Shown piece after piece: positions 28,022-39,215 of a stretch of 64,000 nt of DNA. Position numbers and translations under genes: made by a program. Source of the DNA: an uncultured Lentisphaerales bacterium (lineage in GTDB: Bacteria; Verrucomicrobiota; Lentisphaeria; JABSQK01; UBA12247). The stretch covers positions 40,784 to 104,783 of the forward strand of contig CALSSJ010000013.1 in NCBI GenBank assembly GCA_943788985.1, given 5' to 3'. The notes beneath the pieces are model-generated. The model was not told the origin of the DNA. It saw only the letters and a list, made by a program, of their open reading frames with translations, and made no database searches. How positions within the stretch are numbered: the first letter of the stretch is position 1; each line of letters starts with the position of its first letter.

Positions 28022-29836
28022 TCATTGGGCGCTTTCCTTGGGGATCTTGAGCGTGGTGACGAGCTCGCCGGGGAGCGGCTCGGCTGCGTGCAGCGAGCGA
28101 GCATATTGCCGTTGAAGATCAATGATCAGCGAGACATTCTGCGCAGCCTCGACCGTCCAACGATAGGTGTGATCCGTTGCGAGTGGCAGCTGAAGAACCA
28201 CCCAGGTCAGCCCCTCGTTCACGTCAGTTTTCTTCCCGTTTACTTCGATGGTCTGCGGGTGTGGACTTGCGACTGCGAACTCGATCGCAACCTCGCGGCC
28301 AGTGTTTGCTGCCTCTGGAACCACAAACTGCTTCTCCCACTGCCCAGCCGCTGGCTTATGACGAATCCAGCCGCCGAATGCCATCGGGCCGTGATCTTTG
28401 CACTCGTAGCGATCCAGCAGGTCCAGTTGCACCCCATTCGGTCGCACCAACGCAACAGCTGGTGCTTCTACCACCAGCCTGTAGTAATCGAAGCCCCCCA
28501 GGACGGTACTGCTCGCCACCCCGAAACAACCGAGCAGCAGGATCAGCTCCCGTCGTGGCCGCGGCCAGCGCTTGCAGACACGCAGGGTCCGGTCCACCGC
28601 TACGCCTGCGAACATTGCAAACAGTGGCACAACCGGCACCCGAAATCGCGCCAGGATATAAAATAGTACGATAGACGCGGCATAGGTGACAGCCAGGGCC
28701 CCACAGAACAGCACCGCCGGGCGATGCCTCCCGCGCAGGAGGGTCAGCGCCATCCCCATCAACCCCAGCGTTCCCAAAAGCCCGAAGCCGACGAGAAACG
28801 GCAACTGGATGGCTCTGGACGGCACCCAGCGACCATCGGGCGACCTCAGCGATACGTTATTGGGGATTTCAGAACGATGCAGGAACAGCAATCCCATACG
28901 GAGCTTCAACTCCAGATAGGCCATTGGCTCGCGCTGGGCCCAGTCGACGATACTGCGGCCCACACTCCGTTGGTCCGCGCCTGTGGCCTTCGCGCGTGCC
29001 ACCCAGTCTGAGTAGCTGGCCGGATAACTCATCGGGCCCGGCCCGGTGTCTGCTTCCCGTCCGCCTGGCGGTGCCTCTGGCGTGTTGCCAAGCGCGAGCA
29101 CATTGCCGCCTGCCGTACTGGTCACCCATTTTCCTGTGGCCCGATGATTCAGCCAGGAATACGGCACCTGAGGGAGCATTACACCCGCCAGAATTAGCGC
29201 TGTGATCGCGAACTGCCTTTTTCGCTCACTGCGAAAACGCCACAGCGCCAGAGCCACACACAGCGGCGTAAACAACAAGGCATTGCCACGTGTCACAATG
29301 GCCAGCCCGTTGACCAACCCCAGCGCCGCCCACCACGGCCAACGTCGCAGCCGATATGCCTGTACCCCGAGCCAGCTAAGCACAGCCATCCAAAACGTCT
29401 GAACGGTTGCGATCATCGCAAACGGCGCATAAAGAATGGACATCCGATGCAGGCCTATTCCGGCAGCTGCGACCAGCCCCGCACGACGCCCAAACAGATG
29501 CGCCGCAGTGAGTCCCGTCAACAATACCGTCAGAGTCCCCAGCGCCACCTGTACCATCGCCAGACCTGCCGTTCCGCCCAGCCACAGTCCAACAGGCACC
29601 AGGACGGTGTAGTAGAAGGGCTGATAGTAGAATCCTTCTGCCCATGGATAGTCACCATGCAGCACATCTCGCCCTAAAGCAAGATAAGTCGCCATATCCG
29701 TGAATTTAGACGGAAGTTGAACAGACGGATGCGCTCGAAAAAGCTCGGCCGCGCACCATCCCCGCAGGGCACAGGAAACTACCGTAATTCCGCCAAGCAA
29801 CAACAACCATTTTCGAGTTCGAAGAGTAAAGTTCAT
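28022..29836 (-). CDS. GT-C fold membrane glycosyltransferase (ArnT/PMT-like)
   Basis: DMATYL, FYYQPFY, multiple TM helices, TRGN, GGNVLALGN, ARFRVP. Confidence 0.8.
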   Translation of the reverse strand: MNFTLRTRKWLLLLGGITVVSCALRGWCAAELFRAHPSVQLPSKFTDMATYLALGRDVLHGDYPWAEGFYYQPFYYTVLVPVGLWLGGTAGLAMVQVALGTLTVLLTGLTAAHLFGRRAGLVAAAGIGLHRMSILYAPFAMIATVQTFWMAVLSWLGVQAYRLRRWPWWAALGLVNGLAIVTRGNALLFTPLCVALALWRFRSERKRQFAITALILAGVMLPQVPYSWLNHRATGKWVTSTAGGNVLALGNTPEAPPGGREADTGPGPMSYPASYSDWVARAKATGADQRSVGRSIVDWAQREPMAYLELKLRMGLLFLHRSEIPNNVSLRSPDGRWVPSRAIQLPFLVGFGLLGTLGLMGMALTLLRGRHRPAVLFCGALAVTYAASIVLFYILARFRVPVVPLFAMFAGVAVDRTLRVCKRWPRPRRELILLLGCFGVASSTVLGGFDYYRLVVEAPAVALVRPNGVQLDLLDRYECKDHGPMAFGGWIRHKPAAGQWEKQFVVPEAANTGREVAIEFAVASPHPQTIEVNGKKTDVNEGLTWVVLQLPLATDHTYRWTVEAAQNVSLIIDLQRQYARSLHAAEPLPGELVTTLKIPKESAQ

Positions 29837-29983
29837 GAAGTGCACTAAAAGCCTGATGATTTCTCGAAAAACATGCCCGGTCGGCCGAATTGCTGTAGCC
29901 GTCAAGCAGAGCGGGAGCTAATGTAGAACCCATCAGGAACTCCAGCAACCTAACGGTATATTTTTGAACTGATGAGACACGAT

Positions 29984-30940
29984 ATGGGCAACTTGGACGA
30001 ACGCCAGTCCGGTATTTTGAAGGCCATGGGCGAGGAAACGCGTTTGCGCATCCTCCGCCTCCTCCAGAAAGAGACACTGAACGTTAACGAACTGTGTGAC
30101 ATTCTAGACATGGCGCAACCAAAGGTAAGTCGGCATTTATCGATCCTGCGCAACGTCAAGTTAGTCAAGGATCAGCGCGAGGGAAGTAGAGTCTACTACA
30201 GCCTCTCGCCAATGGATGGCGAGATGAAGTGGATTGGGCGCTACATTCAAAATTTGGCCACAGGCAATCATCCTGATTTTGCCAGATTAAAGGCGGTGCT
30301 TGACCAGCGTGTTCGCCAGAGTGAAGAGTTTGCCCGCGAGAAATCCCATGTCTGGGATCGCGTTGGCGGTCAGATCCACAGTTCGACTGCCGCACTGCTG
30401 GCGTTGGCCTCTCTCGCGCCGCGAGGAATCACCATTGCTGATCTGGGCACAGGAACAGGCCTGATGCTTCCTGTACTATCCACGTTTGCAGAGAAGGTCT
30501 ATGCCGTAGACCACTCCCCCGAGATGCTGGAGTATGCTAAGCAGCGGGCCCAACACACGGAGTTGACCAATGTCGAGTTTGTAAATTGCGATTTGGAGGA
30601 TGTAGACCGCAGACTCCCGACACGCTGCGATTGCGCATTTCTCCACTTCGTCATGCACCAAGCCGCGCGTCCACCTGCTATTTTGGAGAAAGCGGCCGAT
30701 ATACTCAAGCCTGGTGGCCGCCTCGTGGTCGTCGACTATCTACCGCATCAGGATGACTCCGTGCGGGCAAAGTATGGCTCGCTCTGGCTGGGATTTGACC
30801 AAGAACGTGTCGAACGCTGGCTGGAAGATGCTGGCCTACAGCGCGAGACCTTTCAGATCCTGAAGAAGACCGGGCACGAAGAGCGCAAGAAAGACTCTCG
30901 AACGATCTTTATTGCCTGTGCCGTCCGCCCGACTTCCTGA
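29984..30940 (+). CDS. ArsR-family regulator fused to a methyltransferase domain (SahR-like)
   Basis: KAMGEETRLRIL..VSRHLSIL HTH; ADLGTGTG, AVDHSPEML, LKPGGRLVVVD. Confidence 0.9.
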   Translation: MGNLDERQSGILKAMGEETRLRILRLLQKETLNVNELCDILDMAQPKVSRHLSILRNVKLVKDQREGSRVYYSLSPMDGEMKWIGRYIQNLATGNHPDFARLKAVLDQRVRQSEEFAREKSHVWDRVGGQIHSSTAALLALASLAPRGITIADLGTGTGLMLPVLSTFAEKVYAVDHSPEMLEYAKQRAQHTELTNVEFVNCDLEDVDRRLPTRCDCAFLHFVMHQAARPPAILEKAADILKPGGRLVVVDYLPHQDDSVRAKYGSLWLGFDQERVERWLEDAGLQRETFQILKKTGHEERKKDSRTIFIACAVRPTS

Positions 30941-30949
30941 CCCACCAGA

Positions 30950-31573
30950 CTAGAGCACCGAGAGTCTGCCGCTTAAGAAGGCTGCCTGCTGGGCCGCCAA
31001 CTCTGGGGAGAAGTGGACGCCGTCCCGAAAGCTCTCGTCGTTCAAATCCAAGGCTGCTGAGAATGTGAACAGATCCGCGGTTGGCACTGCGTGCAGTGCC
31101 GCTGCGGCATCCGCAATTTCATTGTAGGCATCGACATCTGCTTCGACCCGGTCGAAGGGGAACTGACTGCGGTGCCGCACCTCGTCCACAGGCGTTGTGC
31201 GCACCCAAAGGACACGGTCGGCTAGGCGCTTGGCCAACGGAAAAATCTTCTCCAGATTCGCCTGATAGTGTCGCAGCGAAACCTGATTCTTTCCGCTCTC
31301 GCGGTCACATTTCAAGTCATGCAGCCCGCAGTTTAGTGCTAGGATGCTTGCTGAGAAGTCTCCGGTCTCATGCAAAGCTTGCAAATATTGCAGAAGACGA
31401 AAACTGTCGCCACCGTTCGGTCCGGCTGGGTGGCCTGCATCGTGCAAGGCTGCTTCCATCCCGGTCTTGCGAGCATAGCGAATCGTGGGAGCAATCATTT
31501 GCTCCAAATACGTCCCATAGCCGATCGAGATGCTGTCGCCGACCACAAAGAGAAGCGGTTTATTAGTGGTCAT
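30950..31573 (-). CDS. SGNH/GDSL hydrolase
   Basis: GDSIS, NGGDS, NCGLHD, DGVHF. Confidence 0.9.
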   Translation of the reverse strand: MTTNKPLLFVVGDSISIGYGTYLEQMIAPTIRYARKTGMEAALHDAGHPAGPNGGDSFRLLQYLQALHETGDFSASILALNCGLHDLKCDRESGKNQVSLRHYQANLEKIFPLAKRLADRVLWVRTTPVDEVRHRSQFPFDRVEADVDAYNEIADAAAALHAVPTADLFTFSAALDLNDESFRDGVHFSPELAAQQAAFLSGRLSVL

Positions 31574-31655
31574 TGCGGGTCCTGATTGTCGCTGAATAAA
31601 AGCTGGGTAAGGTACACGACTACCTCCAACAAAGCGAGTTACGAACAACTGCTAT

Positions 31656-33626
31656 ATGCCTAGAAGAGAAAAACGAGCCAGCAGAAAGGACGCAGCCTTG
31701 ACGCCGCACCGGACATCACTCGTAGCGCTCTGTTGCCTTTTCGCCCTGACGGTTTTGGTTTACGGCAGTATTTGGCAGGCAGAGTTTGTCAGCTTCGATG
31801 ACCCACAACTGATACTCGAGAACCCGCAGTTACGGGATCTTTCTCCAGCTGGTCTCGTTGCCATCTTCACGCCGCGTCCCGGCGCATCGTATCAGCCGTT
31901 GCGTGTCCTTAGCTACGGGATCGACTGGAAACTCTTCGGCACATCGGCAACTGGCTACCACGCGCATAACCTCCTTCTTCATCTGCTGGCAGCGTGCTGT
32001 TTCTTCTTGTTTCTGCAGCAGTTGCTCGCGGATCGTGACCGGGAAATGCGGGTGACTATCGGACTCTTCGCGACCGCCCTGTTTCTCCTGCACCCGGTCC
32101 AGGTGGAATCCGTCGCCTGGGCTTCCTCTCGGAAATATGGCCTGCTCGTCGTTTGCGTCCTCGGCTCCTGCTACTGCCTGCTGCGCTGGGTTCGGAGCAA
32201 ACACTGGCCGTGGTATGTAGCGTCACTTGCATTGGCCATCGCGTCCGCGGGTGCCAGCCCGTTCGGGACCACGATGGTCGCTGTGGTCTGGGCAATACTT
32301 GCCATGCAGCCTGGTCTATCATGGCGCAAGACATTCTTGGGCGCCCTCCCCTTCTCGATCTGTATGGTCGCTGCTCTGCCCCTGTTCATGACATCCGAAG
32401 CCACAGCGGCAGATCAGGACCTGTCGGTGATCAAAGGGAGCAGTGTAACGAATTGCGGGCTGGGGCTACGTACCTTTGCCATGCTTGGGACCTACGTGCG
32501 AAGCCTGGGGATGCCGGCCTGGCTGAATGCGCGCTATGTTGATGTGGTCCAGATCTCGTGGACATTCCCCTTGCTCTGGCTGGGCGCAGTCGCGGCCTGC
32601 GGACTTATAGCGCTCACCATCGTCTGCTGGCGAAAGGGGGAGCGCCTTCCGGCTTTCTGCCTCTTCTGGATCACCGCCACTGGCGCGCCTGTTTCGGGGC
32701 TGGTGCCAATCTCTACCCTGGTCGCTGATCGCTACGTCTATCTTCCTGGAGTCGGTGTCTGGCTCCTGGTCGGTTATGGCTTGGCGCGGGCGGTAAGGCC
32801 GCCAACCAGCCGGCTCATCGTCCTAGCTCTCCTAGCCTGTATCCTGGCAGTGCCGACTCGTAGTCGAACGCAGGTCTGGCAGAACAGTATCGCCCTCTGG
32901 GAAGACTGCGTGCGTAAGGATGCCCGCAATCACCGCGCCCATTCCAGCCTGGCTACGGAGTACGGCAGCATCGGCAGAACAGAGCTGGCACTGGAGCATT
33001 TCCAAAAAGCGATCCAACTCAATGACCACGATGCGTTCTCCTACTACAACCTTGGACTGTTGCTGGCCCAATTGGGAAGAGATGCAGAGGCACAGCTGCA
33101 ATTCTCACATGCCCTCAAGCTCAAGCCCAACCACTCTGACGTGCTGAATAACCTCGGCGTGACTCACCTGCGCCTGGGCCAGCTGGACCAAGCCAGGCAG
33201 CTCTTCCTGCGTGCCACAGAACAGGAGGCCCAACTCGCCCTGCCCCACATCCACCTTGGCGGAATCCTCGCCACCAAGGGTGACTTCACCGGCGCAGCTG
33301 CCCACTACCAAACTGCGCTCTCGCTCGAACCCGGATCACTCAAGGCACTTGATGGCGTTGCCCGGCTCGCCCAGACGCAAGGGAACCATGAAGATGCCAT
33401 CGAGCCGTTGCGCAGCATTCTACGAGAACGCCCGAACCATGCGCCAGCTCACAACTCGCTAGGGAACGTACTCATGCAACTTGGCCGCTACCGCGAAGCG
33501 GCCGAGTGTTACCAAGCTGCGGCCACGCTCCGGCCCGATCTTGCCGGGCTGCGCCAGAACCTGGAGAAAGCCCGGGCCATGGCAGAATCGCCAGGACCCG
33601 ACACGAATATCCAATTGCCAAATTAA
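31656..33626 (+). CDS. TMTC-like membrane glycosyltransferase with C-terminal TPRs
   Basis: FVSFDD..ILEN, YQPLR, HPVQVESVAW, ADRYVYLP, VWQNS, followed by about 7 TPRs. Confidence 0.88.
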   Translation: MPRREKRASRKDAALTPHRTSLVALCCLFALTVLVYGSIWQAEFVSFDDPQLILENPQLRDLSPAGLVAIFTPRPGASYQPLRVLSYGIDWKLFGTSATGYHAHNLLLHLLAACCFFLFLQQLLADRDREMRVTIGLFATALFLLHPVQVESVAWASSRKYGLLVVCVLGSCYCLLRWVRSKHWPWYVASLALAIASAGASPFGTTMVAVVWAILAMQPGLSWRKTFLGALPFSICMVAALPLFMTSEATAADQDLSVIKGSSVTNCGLGLRTFAMLGTYVRSLGMPAWLNARYVDVVQISWTFPLLWLGAVAACGLIALTIVCWRKGERLPAFCLFWITATGAPVSGLVPISTLVADRYVYLPGVGVWLLVGYGLARAVRPPTSRLIVLALLACILAVPTRSRTQVWQNSIALWEDCVRKDARNHRAHSSLATEYGSIGRTELALEHFQKAIQLNDHDAFSYYNLGLLLAQLGRDAEAQLQFSHALKLKPNHSDVLNNLGVTHLRLGQLDQARQLFLRATEQEAQLALPHIHLGGILATKGDFTGAAAHYQTALSLEPGSLKALDGVARLAQTQGNHEDAIEPLRSILRERPNHAPAHNSLGNVLMQLGRYREAAECYQAAATLRPDLAGLRQNLEKARAMAESPGPDTNIQLPN

Positions 33627-33737
33627 AAAGATCAAGACTGTGGCGCACGCACTCCACAGCAACCCACGTTTTCCATTCGCAAGTTCCGGAATACGTAACC
33701 GACCGTCTTAATTTGATGCTTGGACATTCAGTCTTGA

Positions 33738-35171
33738 TCAGACTGGGAGATCCGTAGGTTGCCGCCCAGCAGGTAGGACCACGTGAAAGATGGCCCCCCC
33801 ACCATCCCCGTTTGACTCCACGTAGATTCGCCCATTATGCCGGTCCACGATTCGGCGGCAGACAGCCAGGCCAATTCCCGTTCCATCATAGTCTTCAGCC
33901 GCATGCAAGCGTTGGAACACGGCAAAAATTCGAGTCGCGTGCGCATCGGCAATGCCAATGCCGTTGTCCCGGACTTGGATATCCCAGTCGTCACCGCAGG
34001 CCGTCGCCGTGATGTGTACGCGGGGCTTACGCTCATCACGAAACTTGATGCCGTTGCCGATCAAGTTCTGGAACAACTGGACAAGCTGCGTTCGATCTCC
34101 ATAAATCTCCGGCAACTCGCCAGTCGTCACCTCTGCGCCAGCCTCCGCGATCGCCGTCTGCAAATTCGCGACGGCATGGTCGATCACCTCAGCGCACTTC
34201 AACTGGCGGCAGGCGTGTGTTGCCGTCGAAAGTTTTGAATATTCAAGCAAGTCTCGAATCAGCGTCTGCATGCGCGCAGCGCCGTCCACCGCAAAGTGTA
34301 GGTATTCGCGGCAGCGGTCATCAAGCTGATCGCTGGCGCGACGCTCCAACAATTGCAGGAAGCTCTTAATCGTCCGCGTCGGCTCGCTAAGGTCATGGCT
34401 CGCGATCGACGCATATTCCTCCAACTCCCGGTTCGACTGCTTCAACGCCCGGTGCGACGTCTGCAGTCGCGAAGTCATTTCGTCAAAGCTCGCAGCCAGC
34501 TCGCCGAACTCGTCTGGGCTGACCATATCCACCCTGTGATCCAAGTCGCCATCGGCAACCACCCGCATGCCACGATGTAGCGCTTCCAACCGAATCACCA
34601 CCGTGTTTCTCAGCCACAGCGCGCTCCAGGCAATCACGCCCACCAGCGCCGCCACGGACAGCAACATCAGCATAATGAAACGCCGCGTTACCTGCAGTTG
34701 ACGGCGACTCTCGATCGTGGATAGCGTAAGCGCATTCCGCACTAGGTTCTCGCTGTCAGTCAGGAAGTAAATGACTAATGTCCTGCGTTCAAATTCCTGA
34801 CCGCGACTCTGCTCACTAAAGACCCCCAGCGCCATCAGTTCATCAAACAAGATCGACAGTTGATTCAGAGCCTCGACTGCGTTATCCAGCACCTGCTGTT
34901 CATAGCGACTCCTGGGGCCGTAGCTTTTTAGCAGCCGCTCCAGATCGCCTGATGTCTGCGTCCATGTTTCCCGCGAGACAATCTGCGAACGCGAGTACTC
35001 GTAGACGATATTATTGAGCGCGAAGACCGCGTTTACGATCTTGTTTGTCGTCTGATTCGCAACCGCCTCGCGGCGTAGCTGGCGCAGGGTGACAATCCCA
35101 GCGACCAGTGAAAGAGAAATTGCCACGAGAACAGGGACTAGATAGAACTTGTAGCGATCGCGGATTCGCAT
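33738..35171 (-). CDS. Membrane sensor histidine kinase (HAMP-HisKA-HATPase)
   Basis: 2 TM helices, DEFGELA, ASHDLSEP, QNLIGNGIKF, DNGIG, GTGIGLA. Confidence 0.95.
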   Translation of the reverse strand: MRIRDRYKFYLVPVLVAISLSLVAGIVTLRQLRREAVANQTTNKIVNAVFALNNIVYEYSRSQIVSRETWTQTSGDLERLLKSYGPRSRYEQQVLDNAVEALNQLSILFDELMALGVFSEQSRGQEFERRTLVIYFLTDSENLVRNALTLSTIESRRQLQVTRRFIMLMLLSVAALVGVIAWSALWLRNTVVIRLEALHRGMRVVADGDLDHRVDMVSPDEFGELAASFDEMTSRLQTSHRALKQSNRELEEYASIASHDLSEPTRTIKSFLQLLERRASDQLDDRCREYLHFAVDGAARMQTLIRDLLEYSKLSTATHACRQLKCAEVIDHAVANLQTAIAEAGAEVTTGELPEIYGDRTQLVQLFQNLIGNGIKFRDERKPRVHITATACGDDWDIQVRDNGIGIADAHATRIFAVFQRLHAAEDYDGTGIGLAVCRRIVDRHNGRIYVESNGDGGGAIFHVVLPAGRQPTDLPV

Positions 35172-35174
35172 GAT

Positions 35175-35951
35175 TTAGCTTGGATAATTCATGCTATTGC
35201 TGCAGCGACTGCGACACCCTGCGTGCCACGGGCCCTCGAGGTCCTCAGGGGTGTCGACTCCCTGGACCGATTGCTCAGCCACCAGCACGCGAATGCGCGC
35301 GCCGTGCTCCAGCGCACGTAGCTGCTCCAGCTTCTCACAACGCTCCAGCGCCGTCGGTGCCCAGCTTACAAACCGCTTCAGAAATTCCCGACGATAGGCG
35401 TAGATCCCCCAATGATGTAGCGGTGCCACTTGGGCATCGCCATCACGACAGAATGGGATCGCGGCCCTGCTAAAATAGAGGGCCTGCTGCTCCTGCCCAA
35501 GCACGACTTTCACTGCGTTCGCATCCGCTGGATCTGCACCAGAGATTGAAAACGGCACTGCCGCTGTAGCCATGTCCGTGTTTGTATCTGTTGCCACCAG
35601 CGCGACCAAACGGTCGATCACCGCAGGCGGAATCAACGGCTCATCTCCTTGGACGTTCACCACCACATCCACGCCTCGGGCAAGTGCGACCTCTGCGATT
35701 CTATCGGTGCCAGTCTCATGATCCGCACGGGTCATGATCACCTCCCCGCCAAATGCCTGCACAGCCTTGATAATCCTGGCATCGTCCGTTGCCACCACCA
35801 CGTCATTGACGCCGCTCGCAGCGGCTGCCTCATAGGTCCACTGAATCAATGGCCTTCCACAGAGATCAGCAAGCGGCTTGCCCGGAAACCTAGTACTGGC
35901 AAACCGGGCAGGAATGACCGCCAGTGTGCGGAGTTCGCAGCTGCTTCCCAT
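35175..35951 (-). CDS. kdsB: 3-deoxy-manno-octulosonate cytidylyltransferase
   Basis: IPARFASTRFPGKPL, GTDRIAE, NVQGDEP, ALYFSR, EKLEQLRALE, GVDTPEDL. Confidence 0.96.
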   Translation of the reverse strand: MGSSCELRTLAVIPARFASTRFPGKPLADLCGRPLIQWTYEAAAASGVNDVVVATDDARIIKAVQAFGGEVIMTRADHETGTDRIAEVALARGVDVVVNVQGDEPLIPPAVIDRLVALVATDTNTDMATAAVPFSISGADPADANAVKVVLGQEQQALYFSRAAIPFCRDGDAQVAPLHHWGIYAYRREFLKRFVSWAPTALERCEKLEQLRALEHGARIRVLVAEQSVQGVDTPEDLEGPWHAGCRSRCSNSMNYPS

Positions 35952-35953
35952 AA

Positions 35954-37898
35954 TCAGGGCTGCAGATGCTGCATCAGGTTCTTATGCACTCGCAGTAGCT
36001 CCGAGACGCTCCAAGCCTGCGTAATGCAGCCGTTAGGATGTTGCGGTGCGGTCGCGTCGAAAATCTCAGAAATGCCACCAATCCCTGCCTGCCGCACGTG
36101 TTCGTCCCACAATGGCCGGAGGTAGTCCATCAGTTCTGCCGCGCGATGCTCCGGATCCCTAGAGAGCGCCAGTTCGGCATCCACGTAGGCACCGATTAGC
36201 CATGGCCAGACAGTCCCCTGGTGATACGCAGAGTCGCGCTGGTCCGAATCGCCCGAGTAACGCGCGCAAAAACCGGGATCCTTGGGCGCCAATGTTCGCA
36301 GTCCGAACGGCGTGAGCAGGTTGTCGCGCACGGCGCGCAACGCGCGTTCCCCCAGCTCGTCTGGGAAAGCGCGATAGGGCAATGCCAGCGCGAAAACCTG
36401 ATTAGGCCGCAGCAGGCCGTTCTGGCCGTGCTCGTTTACGACATCGGCAAAGTGCCCGGCACTTTCCATCCAAAACGTGCGGACGAATCGACCTTGCAGC
36501 TGTTCGCGCACTTCGCCCATCCGTGGGTCGGCCGCGGGATGCCCACTCTGGGCCAGCTCATCGCGGAAGCAAAGGGCATTGAACCAAAGTGCATTCAGCT
36601 CGATCGCAAATCCGTGGCGCGGCGTAACCGGGCGCCCGTAGGCGTTCGCGTCCATCCACGTCAATTGTGTGTCCACCGAGCCCGCCCAAATGGCGCCGCT
36701 CTCCAAATGAGCATACGGAACTAGGTCGTCGAGGTAGGCTTTAATGATGCTGCTCAATGCCCGCACGAGCGTAGCTGGCACCTGTGCTGGGCCGACGACC
36801 TGTGCATAGAGCTGAAGCGCCCGTGTGAACCATAGCGATGCGTCAATGGAATTGTACGAATGGCTGTCGTTGCTGGTAGCAGCCAGGTAGTTCGGGATCA
36901 GCCCATCCTTCTCATGCAAGGCGTACGTCTCGAGAATCTCACGAGCCAGCTCTGGCAAATCGCGCGCCAAGGTGAGGCCCGGAAGGGCAATCATCGCATC
37001 ACGGCCCCATTCGCCAAACCAGTGATAGCCAGCAATAATCGAACGTTCGTTCCGACCGTTGGTGACAATAAAATCATCGGCCTTGGCTGCAAGGAGTTCG
37101 ATCGGATTCCCATTCACCCGATGGTTCGGGGAGGCGAGCGCCCAGGCAGCAGCTGGCGTATCCTTGGGGTTTTCAATCGTGAACCGGACCACGTTTGCAT
37201 CACTGGCGGTCTGCCGCCAGCTAAACGTCCCGGGCGTAGGCAGGTCTTCGTGATGGTCGAAGCCGCGGTCGCGTTCCCAGCCGTATTCGTTGTTGTAGTA
37301 CCACGCCGCGCCTTCCTGGAAATCCAGCGGAATTGCCGCATCGATCAGCATCCGCGGCAACCCAGGATAGGGACTCAGCGTCGCGCGGCCCCTCGCTTAG
37401 CTGCACACTAAGGTCGATGGTGTCATTGCGCTTGGTCAGGCAATGCATCGAGCGATACCCCGTGAACGGCCGCATTGAAAAGGAAACCTGCTGCGAGCCT
37501 CGCACCGCAAAACGTACTAGCGTTGTTGCCTGGTCTCGCGGCATCAAAAATGATTGCGTGATCTCGACCGGTCCGCAAGAATGGGTAATGGAAGGCACCG
37601 GGTCACACTCCACCGTTTTGATCAGAGCATGCCCACGGGGCGCAATCGCACCGGGATAGCACGCTGTGCCCAATTCATAGACTTGGCCATCGACAGTGGC
37701 TGTGACCTCAAGGCGGTTCAGAAATACGAGCTTGCCAGCATCTGGCAGCGCAGCCACCAACAAGCCGTGATACTTCCGCGTGTTGCAACCAGCCACTGTG
37801 GTCGACGCATAGCCGCCACGTCCGTTCGTCAGAATCCACTCCTGAGAGAATAGCGCACTTTCGCGTTCATTTTCTTGGGTAGGAACAGTCAGAATCAT
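35954..37898 (-). CDS. Amylo-alpha-1,6-glucosidase (glycogen debranching enzyme), frameshift near 37390
   Basis: EWILTNGRGGYAS, TRKYHGLL; IAGYHWFGEWGRD, QLTWMDA, YHQGTVWPW, QAWSVSE. Confidence 0.92.
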
Positions 37899-38073
37899 GA
37901 GTCAAACCTTGCTTCAAGCATACGTTCAATAAGGGGGCAGTCTGCTGAACTCACAGCCGGCGCAAAAATTGCCACCAGTTGCGCAGCCACAGCAATTACG
38001 GCAGGCGTCCATCAGGCCGCCTGATTAACTACGGTTGGCGCAATCTATCGGAAGCGTACCGGAGCGCAAGACG

Positions 38074-39172
38074 CTACTCGCAGCGCTGTAACAGTTCATC
38101 TATGTCTACGTTCTCCCGGCACAACTGCTGGGAGAGCTTAATTTTTGCCTTGTCGGTCACTTGTATCTTCACCAACAAGTCGTGAACCTGCGAGGCTGTC
38201 TGAAAGGTATCTAGTTTGGTCATCAGCACGGGGACGTTCGATTTCCTTACCACCTGCGTCACGAAACGGCCGGGCTTGTGGTCACCCGTCACGACCAGGC
38301 ACGAGATCCGCTTCTGCCGGTTCGCATCCGCCAAGTTCCAACTCAACGCAGCCAAGATGATGTCCTCGCGGTCTCCAGGCGTGATCACCAGAGTTTTGCG
38401 TTTGATGTGTGACAGGAAGTGCGCCACCGACATAGCACCCACAATCGCGTTCTCCGCATAGTCCTGGGCATGATCCTCGCCGGCTAGGTATTCGGCCTTC
38501 AGAACATCCTTCACCTGGGTGATTGATGGCGCACCCAACGCTGGGCGAAACGGCAACACGCCTAGCAGCGGCAGCCCAATACGATCCAGCCCACGCCGTA
38601 CGTAATCCGATACCTCATCGTACTTGTCTTGGAATACCTTATTCAGGATGACACCCACCACCGGGACACCCACCGCGTCAAACAGCGCCTTATTCAGATT
38701 CAACTGGTCAATCGCGCGCCCAATTCCCCCGTCTGTCACCAGCACGACCTTGCTGCCCAGCATGCGCGCGACATCCGCATTCGAGGTCTCAAACACAGAG
38801 CCCACACCCGCGTGCCCGGTTCCCTCGATCAGGACAAAATCTCGGTCCGCCTCAATTCGCTCATACGCTTCCGTGATTTCCCGATGAATGCGGTTGCTGT
38901 CGCCGCCGTCGATATGCTCACGCGTGAACCCACTGGGGACCGACACCGGATTCATATCCTGCAACTCACACCCCGGCTTGTAGGTCTGATGAATCAGCCA
39001 CGAGTCCTCATCGATCATCGAGCCTTGGCGCCGCACATAGCGCTGGGCCGACAGGCTTTATAAAGCCCACATGGAAGTCTCGCGACCGTAGCCGATCGAA
39101 CAAGCCTAGGCAATTGGTCGTCTTTCCTACGTTCTGGCCAGTCGCAGCCACAAACACGTTCTTAGCTCGCAT
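38074..39172 (-). CDS. BioD-like AAA_26/DRTGG protein (Pta N-terminal-like), frameshift near 39045
   Basis: FVAATGQNVGKTT, GFIKPVG; IEGTGHAGVGS, ITPGDRED. Confidence 0.88.
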
Positions 39173-39215
39173 ACCCTTATTTCCTCTTCGCTGTGTTCTG
39201 GCCCGCCTGGGACTC

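Noticed and set aside
33738..35171. Orphan histidine kinase as a novel system
   Set aside because: Ordinary architecture; the response regulator is probably encoded elsewhere.
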